From an uncultured Phycisphaeraceae bacterium (GTDB taxonomy: Bacteria; Planctomycetota; Phycisphaerae; UBA1845): a stretch of 64,000 nt of DNA. Numbering within the stretch: the stretch's first letter is position 1; each line of letters opens with the position of its first letter. The stretch spans positions 13,755-77,754 of the forward strand of contig CAZBUJ010000004.1 of the NCBI GenBank assembly GCA_964495075.1, in the 5' to 3' direction. The translations under genes were made by a program, and so were the position numbers. The notes below the pieces were generated by a model. It had not been told where the DNA came from. It did not search any database and saw only the letters and a list, made by a program, of their open reading frames with translations. Shown in pieces: positions 26,123 through 33,360 of this stretch.

Positions 26123-28645
26123 ATGATTAACCGATACCTTGAACCCGAAACTCCGGATGACGGCTGCACGCGCCGGCATGCCATCAAGACCTTCGCGGCC
26201 GTGGCCGGTGCGTACGTCGCTGGCACGTTGCCGGGGAGGGCCGGCGCCGGTCTGCCGTGGGATGAACGCCGCAGCGCGGCACTACTGGGTCCGGATGGAA
26301 GTCCGCCGGTCCTGGGCCCGAGGCACGCATACGGCGAAAGTGAGAGGCAGTCGGCCCCGACCCTTGTCTACGAGCCTGGCGCAGAACGGCTCTGGACCGC
26401 CTGGACCGGGCTGACCGGCGAAAGCGAACGGGTTTTGCTCCGCCCGTTCGCGATCACGGACGAGTCGTGGGGGTCGGTGATTCCGATCAGCGCGACCGAT
26501 GCGGCCGGTTCGCCGATCGCCGGGCCGTCGGCCCTGGCGGTGGTGGACGGGAGCGTCCTCGTGGTCTGGTCGCAACGCAGCGGGGGCGGCTGGGAAATAA
26601 TGGTCCGATCCGTCGACGCGGCAAGCGGGCAGGCGGGGGAAATCCATCGACTCGCCGGAGGCAAGGACGAGGCGGGGGTCCACTGGCGTCCTGACATCGC
26701 CGCGGCCGGCCCCGAAGCCCTCGTCGTCTGGCAGGCCCGGCTTACGGATGGGCGGTTCGGCGTGCTGGGCCAACGGGTCGGGCCCGACGCCGTGCCGTTG
26801 GGCGGGCGAATCGTGATCGCCGTGACGGCGGGCAAGGATTGCTGTCGGCCCGCCGTGGCGGCCTCTCCCGCCGGCGACTGCTGTGCCGTCGTGTTCGACC
26901 GGCAGGACGCACCGGGTACCCAGAATGTCTATCTCGCCATCGTCGAATCGGGGACCGACAAGAGCACCCCGCCCATCCCGCCCATCCCGCCCATCCCCGT
27001 CTCCCGCCACCCGGCGTCGAATCTCACGCCGGCCGTGGCGTTCTCGCCCGACGGTCAATTCGTCTGGGTCGCTTGGCACTCCAACCGCCACGGCGACGAC
27101 GGCTGGGACATCCCCCGCTGGTACCGGCTGGCGGCGTGCCGCGTGAGTGACATGTCGTGGCATGAACCCGTGGCCCCACCCGCCGGCCGCGATCTCGATC
27201 GGCGGGAGCAGGTCCAGGGATTCGAGCTCGTGCGCCTCGCGATTGCCCCGCACGGAACTGTCTGCGTGCTGGGACGTCCTTCCCACGGATTCTACGTGCA
27301 GCCCTACGCCGCCGGCGTGACCGAGGCGCCGCTCTACCGGTTGCCCAAGGACGGTTGGGGCGGTCGCGGCCGATTGCTGCACGGCGTGTTCGACGCCGCC
27401 GGCTCGCTCTGGTGCGCCCGCCGGGACCTCGGCACGAACGTCCTGGAACGGATCGGCGGGCTCGATGCGAACGACGGGCCGCCCGACCTGAAGGCGAACC
27501 GCGAACCCGGTGGCGGCTGCGTCGGCCGGTTGGCCGGCGTGGCGGAGCGGTACGCATGGCCGACGTGGGCGGGCGAGGAGAAGTCGGACGCCGCTGCCCC
27601 GGAGAACCTGAATCTCTACTTCGGTGACATCCATGGCCACTCGTGGCAGAGCGACGGCATGGGCGAGCCGGAGGAGTGCCACCTGCGGGCTCGCGACGTG
27701 CTGGGCGACGATTTCCACGTGCTCACCGATCACGACTACTTCGTGGGCAAGCGCATCGCCGACGGGCAGTGGGAGGAGCAGAAGGAGATCGTCGACCACT
27801 ACCACGACCCGGGCCGGTTCGTCACGCTGTTCGGGCAGGAGTGGACCACGCCGCGCACGACTCATCCCCGCGGCTACGGGCACTTCAACGTCTACACCGC
27901 GGACCGGCGAATCCCCCTCCTGGATCATCGCGACCCGCGCTACCGCACGCTGGCCGGTCTGTACGCGAAGGTGCGTGAGCATGACGGGCTCGCCGTCCCG
28001 CACCATATCGGCTGGACCGGGATCCGGTGGTCCGAACTGGACCTGGAGGTGACCCCGTGCGTCGAGGTCTGCTCCGTCCACGGGGTGTTCGAGTACGAGG
28101 GCAACGAGCCGATCCGGCATCGGGGTGGCATTAAAGGGAGTTTCCTGCGAGACGGGCTGGCGGCTGGCCGGCGGGTCGGCGTTGTAGGCGGCTCCGATCA
28201 GCACGGCCTGATCTGGCACCACGGCGTGTGCTGGAAGCGTAACGCTTATCGGGCCGGGCTGACCGGCGTGTGGGCGCCGGAGCTGTCCCGCGCGGCGATC
28301 CTCGACGCGATACGCAAGCGACGAACGTTCGCCACCACGGGTGTGAAGCTCGACCTGCGATTCACCATCGACGGTCAGTTGATGGGCGGCGAAGTCCGGA
28401 CCAACATGCCGCCGGTGGCCTCGGTGGACGTCGGGATTCCGGTCGCGGAGGGCAAGCTGGCGTGGCTCGATATCATTCGCGATGGGGCGGTCGTTCACCG
28501 CTACGGCGGCGAAGGGCAACACAGCCGCTACACGTTCACCGACGAGGCGCCGCGCAATCGCCCGGTTTCGTATTACTACTTGCGGGTAACACTGGAAGAC
28601 AACAACATGGCCTGGTCCAGCCCGATCTGGGTGCTGCGGACGTGA
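26123..28645 (+). CDS. Tat-signal protein: N-terminal beta-propeller-like repeats + PPI linker + C-terminal PHP/CehA-McbA-like metallohydrolase domain
   Basis: Twin-arginine motif TRRHAIKTFAAVAG. Repeated ...VVW... blades. C-terminal His-rich motifs LYFGDIHGHSWQSDG, VLTDHDYF, GQEWTT, GHFNVY, VPHHIGW and GGSDQHG are typical of PHP-fold metal hydrolases. Confidence 0.65.
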   Translation: MINRYLEPETPDDGCTRRHAIKTFAAVAGAYVAGTLPGRAGAGLPWDERRSAALLGPDGSPPVLGPRHAYGESERQSAPTLVYEPGAERLWTAWTGLTGESERVLLRPFAITDESWGSVIPISATDAAGSPIAGPSALAVVDGSVLVVWSQRSGGGWEIMVRSVDAASGQAGEIHRLAGGKDEAGVHWRPDIAAAGPEALVVWQARLTDGRFGVLGQRVGPDAVPLGGRIVIAVTAGKDCCRPAVAASPAGDCCAVVFDRQDAPGTQNVYLAIVESGTDKSTPPIPPIPPIPVSRHPASNLTPAVAFSPDGQFVWVAWHSNRHGDDGWDIPRWYRLAACRVSDMSWHEPVAPPAGRDLDRREQVQGFELVRLAIAPHGTVCVLGRPSHGFYVQPYAAGVTEAPLYRLPKDGWGGRGRLLHGVFDAAGSLWCARRDLGTNVLERIGGLDANDGPPDLKANREPGGGCVGRLAGVAERYAWPTWAGEEKSDAAAPENLNLYFGDIHGHSWQSDGMGEPEECHLRARDVLGDDFHVLTDHDYFVGKRIADGQWEEQKEIVDHYHDPGRFVTLFGQEWTTPRTTHPRGYGHFNVYTADRRIPLLDHRDPRYRTLAGLYAKVREHDGLAVPHHIGWTGIRWSELDLEVTPCVEVCSVHGVFEYEGNEPIRHRGGIKGSFLRDGLAAGRRVGVVGGSDQHGLIWHHGVCWKRNAYRAGLTGVWAPELSRAAILDAIRKRRTFATTGVKLDLRFTIDGQLMGGEVRTNMPPVASVDVGIPVAEGKLAWLDIIRDGAVVHRYGGEGQHSRYTFTDEAPRNRPVSYYYLRVTLEDNNMAWSSPIWVLRT
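26968..26994 (+). repeat. Perfect 3x tandem 9-bp repeat (CCCGCCCAT) inside CDS 26123-28645
   Basis: Read directly: three identical units at 26968-26976, 26977-26985 and 26986-26994. They encode PPIPPIPPIP between the two domains. Confidence 0.9.
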
Positions 28646-28782
28646 TGCAGCGGCCTTCGGCCGAGACAGTTGAGAGGAGAAAGGCGAGCACGGCGACGCG
28701 AGGGTGGCGGGGAGCAGGCGGTGGGCGGGCAGAGCCCGCCGGCACCAGGTCTGCACATGGAACGCGTACGGAGAGTGGGGAA

Positions 28783-30129
28783 CTACCCATCCCAGGATGC
28801 CACTTGCCTACAGATCAGGGCGGCGCTCACCTGGCGGACGTCGCCGTCGTGATGGGCCGCGCTGATCGCCGCCGCGCAACCGGCCGCCTCGCCGGTGGCG
28901 AAGCAGACGGGCATGACGCGGGTGGAGCCCTGGACCGCCCGGTCCGTGCTGATGCATCGACCGGCCACCAGCACGTTGCGGAGCCCCTTCGGAATCAGGC
29001 ACCGGTAGGGGATCCCATGGGACTCGCCTGGTCCGTACTCGTGGATCTTTGAACTCCAGTCGATCGGCTCGCCGGTGTGTCGTTCCCATTCCCGGCGCGA
29101 CAAGTGGATGTCGATGTAGTAGCTGTTGCGAGCGATCTCGTCGTCGAATGCGCGGCGTGCGAGGTAGTCCTCGAGCGTCAGAACGTAGTCACCCACGATG
29201 CGGCGCGTCTCCCGGACGCCGATCTGCACGCCGCTGGAGACCAGGTAAGCGTTTTCGCAGCCGGGGCAATACTTGCGCATGAAATCCGTCAGGTGGCGGA
29301 TGAGGCGACGGCCTTCGAGGTGGGCCCGCGAAAGCTGTTCGGCGTCTGTCCCGTCCACGTCGAAGACGTGGCTGAAGTTCAGGCCGATCGTGGTCGCGGA
29401 CTGGTACGCGACGTTGGCGGCCTCTTCCGCGATGTTCAGATCGCCGTTTGCCTTCGCGGTAGCGATGACCTCTTTGAGGAGCAGGTTTTTCGCCCCGTCC
29501 GCGTAGAGGAACTCCTGAAACCGCGCGTTGTCGATTCCCGCCAGGACGAAGCACATCGTCGCCGGTTGGAGCTCTCCGGTGTCCAGGTCGCCTTTTTCGT
29601 ACGGTGCGCCGGCGGCGAACGCAACGTCCGCATCGCCCGTGCAGTCGACAAGTACGCGGGCGGGGACGCGGGTAAGGCCCGACTTGTCGTGCACGATGAC
29701 ATCCGTGACCCGCCCGTCCGCGTCCACGATCGCGTCAACGAACCGGGTGAGGAATCGGACCCGCGCCCCTGCCGCCGTGACCCGCGAATCGTAGATCACC
29801 TTGAGCCGCTCCGCGTCGATCGGCACCCAGTCGTAGGCGTCGGCCGGCACGTGCGGCATGCCCGCCTTCATCTCCTCCAGGATCGCCAGACCGACCCCTC
29901 GCACGATCGGCTGACGCTTGTCGGTGAACGGGCAGAAGGCGGGCACCAGGGCCGCCGTCCCCATCCCGCCGAGAAACCCGAACTGTTCGAGGAGCAGGGT
30001 GCTCGCCCCGTCCCGCGCGGCTGCGATGGCCGCCGCGCAGCCCGCCGCGCCGCCGCCGACCACCACCACGTCGACCGGTGCTCCGGCCTCCAGGGTGGAC
30101 CAGGCGTCTCGAAGGGCGGTGTTGACCAT
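28783..30129 (-). CDS. FAD-dependent oxidoreductase (FAD_oxidored/PF12831-like)
   Basis: N-terminal dinucleotide fold VDVVVVGGGAAGCAAAIAAARDGASTLLLEQFGFLGGMGT and C-terminal GRCIS...MPVCFATGEAAG. Confidence 0.8.
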   Translation of the reverse strand: MVNTALRDAWSTLEAGAPVDVVVVGGGAAGCAAAIAAARDGASTLLLEQFGFLGGMGTAALVPAFCPFTDKRQPIVRGVGLAILEEMKAGMPHVPADAYDWVPIDAERLKVIYDSRVTAAGARVRFLTRFVDAIVDADGRVTDVIVHDKSGLTRVPARVLVDCTGDADVAFAAGAPYEKGDLDTGELQPATMCFVLAGIDNARFQEFLYADGAKNLLLKEVIATAKANGDLNIAEEAANVAYQSATTIGLNFSHVFDVDGTDAEQLSRAHLEGRRLIRHLTDFMRKYCPGCENAYLVSSGVQIGVRETRRIVGDYVLTLEDYLARRAFDDEIARNSYYIDIHLSRREWERHTGEPIDWSSKIHEYGPGESHGIPYRCLIPKGLRNVLVAGRCISTDRAVQGSTRVMPVCFATGEAAGCAAAISAAHHDGDVRQVSAALICRQVASWDG

Positions 30130-30162
30130 GGCAGTTCCCCCTCGATACGGGGCCGCCGACCA

Positions 30163-31104
30163 CTACGTCTGCCGGTGGTGGCCGTCGGCATGGGGTTCGG
30201 CGTCGAGACCGAATCGCTGGCAGTAGCGCCGGAACAACGCGCGAGCGCTGGCAAACATCGAGTGCGGACTCAGAAAATGCGAGAATTCGAACGTGATGAG
30301 CTTCTCCACGCCGGCCTGCCGGGCCGCATCCAGCTTGAACTCCAGCTTCCGCCAGTCGATGGGCGGAAACTTGATCGGCGTGTCGCGGTCGAGGGTCTCC
30401 ACGTTCGACCAGCAGGTGATGCCAGCCTCCCGGGTCATTTGCACATTAGTGGTCAGATAGTCCGGCAGGTCGACGTAGTCGACGTGACCGTCCTGAAAGG
30501 CCACGATGTCGACGCACTCCCGCAATCGGCTGAGGATGGCGTGCCACTCCGCCTCGTGCTGTTCCCGGGTTATCCCGCCGTTGCCCTCCGGTGCCTTGGG
30601 ACCGGCGATGTAAGGCGAGATCAGGGTCGGCTGGTCGGGGGTCAGCGATTTGGCATGCCGGCCCACCTCGACCACGAGCTCAACCTGTTCTGGCCGGTCG
30701 CGGCACAGTTCGAACGAGAGGTACCACCCGGCGAACGCGGGGTGGGACCCGTACCGTTGCTTCACTTCGACCATGAAATCCCGGTTAACGGCCAGCGCAT
30801 GCCGGGCGTCGCGGGCCCAGTCGCCGGGGTCGTAAGTGCCCCAGAACAACCGCATGCCGTTGTCCGCGGCGAGGTCGAGGAACACCCGTCCCAGATCCTC
30901 GCGGGCCGGCAGCATCGGACGGTGTCGGCGGAGGCTCGCGGACTCGAACACCGCTCGCTCCTTGTACCCGGCCCGGATGATGATCACCGTGTCAATGCCG
31001 ATGCGGCGCATCACGGCAAACTCCGCCGCCCACTGCTCCGCTCCCCAGTTCTGATCCGGGATGTCGTGCGTGATTTCGTCCAGAAACGTGCCGGTGATCT
31101 TCAT
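30163..31104 (-). CDS. DUF4434-family protein (TIM-barrel glycosidase-like)
   Basis: Met 31104 gives MKITGTFLDEITHDIPDQNWGAEQWAAEFAVMRRIGIDTVIIIRAGY, as remembered for DUF4434. The stop lies 33 nt upstream of the FAD oxidoreductase start. Confidence 0.65.
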   Translation of the reverse strand: MKITGTFLDEITHDIPDQNWGAEQWAAEFAVMRRIGIDTVIIIRAGYKERAVFESASLRRHRPMLPAREDLGRVFLDLAADNGMRLFWGTYDPGDWARDARHALAVNRDFMVEVKQRYGSHPAFAGWYLSFELCRDRPEQVELVVEVGRHAKSLTPDQPTLISPYIAGPKAPEGNGGITREQHEAEWHAILSRLRECVDIVAFQDGHVDYVDLPDYLTTNVQMTREAGITCWSNVETLDRDTPIKFPPIDWRKLEFKLDAARQAGVEKLITFEFSHFLSPHSMFASARALFRRYCQRFGLDAEPHADGHHRQT

Positions 31105-31347
31105 GCGGTGCTCCAGCCTTTCCTCGAGCCTCGAGTCACCCTTACCTCGCCCGCCCCATCCCCTTCCATCCAGCCTCCGTGCCTTGCCGGGCATTGTACT
31201 CACGTCCGCGGCACGATGGAATCGCGCACCGGAACGTGACGCGCCCTCGGTCAGGTGCTATGCTCGGTGCCCGCGCCCCGGCCCCCGCGGACCGGCGGCG
31301 GATTGACCAAACGGCGTCCCACAAGCGATGGCGGAGAGAACGGAACC

Positions 31348-32526
31348 GTGGATCAAAATCGTCTCGCCGAACTGCGTGATTTCTACCGGGCCGCCTTGTT
31401 GGAGGACACGCTCCCGTTCTGGCTGGAGCATTCGGTGGATCGCGAGGCCGGGGGATTCCTTACTTGCCTCGAACGCGACGGAAGCGCCTACTCCACCGAC
31501 AAGTCGGTCTGGCTTCAGGGGCGGGCGACGTGGATGTTTGCCACGCTTTGCGCGGTGATCGACCGGCGTCCGGAATGGGTTGACGCGGCGCGGCACGGCT
31601 GTGCCTTTCTCACCACCCACTGCTTCGGCCCGGGCGGCAAGATGTATTTCACGGTCGACCGTCAGGGCCGACCGCTCCGCATGCGCCGGTACGTCTACAG
31701 CGAGATGTTCGCCGCGATCGCCTTTGCGACGCTCGCCGCCGTCACCGGCGACGAGACGCTCAAGCGTCGGGCGGTGGACGTGTTCGACTTCATGATTCGA
31801 TACCTGACCACCCCGGACCTCATCGAGCCGAAGACCGACCCGAAAACGCGGCCCATGAAGGGACTCGCCCCGATCATGTGCGTGCTGAACGTGGCGGAGA
31901 CCATGCTCCTCCTCGACGAGGACAAGCCACGCTACGAGAAGATCATGGACGATCTCATGGCCGAGGTCTTCCGCGACTTCGTGAAGCCCGGCGACGGCGT
32001 GGTGCTCGAGGTGGTCGGCCCCCACGGCGAACGGCTTGACAACCCGGACGGGCGGGTGATGAACCCCGGGCACGCGATCGAGACGGCCTGGTTCATGATG
32101 GAGGTGGCCCGGCGACGCGGCGACGACGCGCTGGCCCGGCGCGCCGCCCGGATCGTGGACTGGTGCTTCGACCGCGGCTGGGACGACAACTACGGCGGGC
32201 TGTTCTACTTCATCGACGTGGAAGGCAAGCCGTCCCCGTACCTCGAACACGACATGAAACTGTGGTGGCCGCACTCGGAAGCGCTCTACGCCACGCTGCT
32301 CGCGTGGCACCTCACCGGCGAAGAAAAGTACCTCGGGCTGTACGAGCGCGTGCACGAGTGGACCTTCAGTCATCTTCCCGACGAAAAGTTCGGCGAATGG
32401 TTCGGATACCTGCACCGTGACGGCACGCGCTCGACGGATCTGAAGGGCAGCATGTGGAAAGGACCGTTTCACGTGCCGCGGGCGCAGCTCTACTGCTGGC
32501 GACTGTGCGATTCACTGGCGCGATAG
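31348..32526 (+). CDS. N-acylglucosamine 2-epimerase (AGE) family protein
   Basis: LRDFYRAALLEDTLPFWLEHSVDREAGGFLTCLERDGS...DKSVWLQGRATWMF and the C-terminal WKGPFHVPRA are AGE-fold signatures. The GTG 31348 start after GGAGAG is tentative; the track's Met is 31255. Confidence 0.8.
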   Translation: MDQNRLAELRDFYRAALLEDTLPFWLEHSVDREAGGFLTCLERDGSAYSTDKSVWLQGRATWMFATLCAVIDRRPEWVDAARHGCAFLTTHCFGPGGKMYFTVDRQGRPLRMRRYVYSEMFAAIAFATLAAVTGDETLKRRAVDVFDFMIRYLTTPDLIEPKTDPKTRPMKGLAPIMCVLNVAETMLLLDEDKPRYEKIMDDLMAEVFRDFVKPGDGVVLEVVGPHGERLDNPDGRVMNPGHAIETAWFMMEVARRRGDDALARRAARIVDWCFDRGWDDNYGGLFYFIDVEGKPSPYLEHDMKLWWPHSEALYATLLAWHLTGEEKYLGLYERVHEWTFSHLPDEKFGEWFGYLHRDGTRSTDLKGSMWKGPFHVPRAQLYCWRLCDSLAR

Positions 32527-32566
32527 GGGGCGGCACGCCCCTGCACACGGACGGCGAGGCAAGACC

Positions 32567-33340
32567 ATGATCGACGAGTGGGACCTGACCGCCACCAACC
32601 TTCACCGGCTCACGCAAAGACGCTACGAGGTGGCCGTGCTGCCCGTGGGGGCCATCGAGGCCCACAATCGGCACCTCCCGGAAGGAGAGGACTATCTGCA
32701 CAGCACGTACATCGCACGCCGCTGCTGTAAGACGGCGTGGCCGGCGTGCGAATCCGTGCTCTGCCTTCCGGCCCTGCCGTACGGCGTGGACTGCAACCTG
32801 AAGGCGTTCCCATTCTCCATTCACGTGTCCCAGGCCGCGCTGGACGCGATGGTGCGGGAGATCATCGTGTCGTTGCGCGGATTTGGCATTCGCAAGATCG
32901 TCATTGTCAACGGCCACGGCGGTAACGACTTCACACCGCTGATCCGGCAGGTGCAGTCCGACCTGGATGCGCACGTGTTCCTGGTCAACTGGTGGCAGGT
33001 CGGGCATGACCGCTTCGACGAGTTCTTCGAGGCACCGGACGATCACGCGGGGGAGTTCGAAACGTCGGTCGCGCTGGCCTTGCATCCCGAGCTGGTGGAG
33101 CTCGATGTGGCCGGCGACGGGCAGGCCAGACCTTTCCGATTCGAAGCGCTGCGGAAAGGTTGGGTTCGCACGAGTCGCGACTTCTCACGCGTCAACGACC
33201 ATTGCGGCGCAGGCGACCCGTCGCGGGCGACGGCCGAGAAAGGCCGGCGCTATCTGGATCTCGTGTGCGACCGCCTGTCCACGTTCCTGGTGGCGCTGGC
33301 CCGGTCGGAAATCGACGCCCGATTCCCCCACGCACCATAG
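32567..33340 (+). CDS. Creatininase-family amidohydrolase
   Basis: VAVLPVGAIEAHNRHLPEGED, IVNGHGGN and DDHAGEFETS match the creatinine-amidohydrolase family metal-site motifs. Confidence 0.8.
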   Translation: MIDEWDLTATNLHRLTQRRYEVAVLPVGAIEAHNRHLPEGEDYLHSTYIARRCCKTAWPACESVLCLPALPYGVDCNLKAFPFSIHVSQAALDAMVREIIVSLRGFGIRKIVIVNGHGGNDFTPLIRQVQSDLDAHVFLVNWWQVGHDRFDEFFEAPDDHAGEFETSVALALHPELVELDVAGDGQARPFRFEALRKGWVRTSRDFSRVNDHCGAGDPSRATAEKGRRYLDLVCDRLSTFLVALARSEIDARFPHAP

Positions 33341-33360
33341 GCGTTTTTCCGTTCGCGTGC

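Noticed and set aside
26968-26994. Tandem repeat considered as a CRISPR-like or intergenic microsatellite feature.
   Set aside because: The units are 9 bp and contiguous, with no spacers, and lie in-frame inside a CDS where they encode a PPI linker.
29077-31239. A 720-aa plus-strand ORF spanning the FAD oxidoreductase and DUF4434 genes.
   Set aside because: It is antisense to two motif-supported minus-strand genes, crosses their intergenic gap, and has shadow-type composition.
32525-32542. Hairpin GGGGCG-gca-CGCCCC between the AGE and creatininase genes, considered as a terminator.
   Set aside because: It has a 3-nt loop and no U-tract, and the downstream gene starts 25 nt later on the same strand. 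It is more likely an intra-operon structure of no established function.
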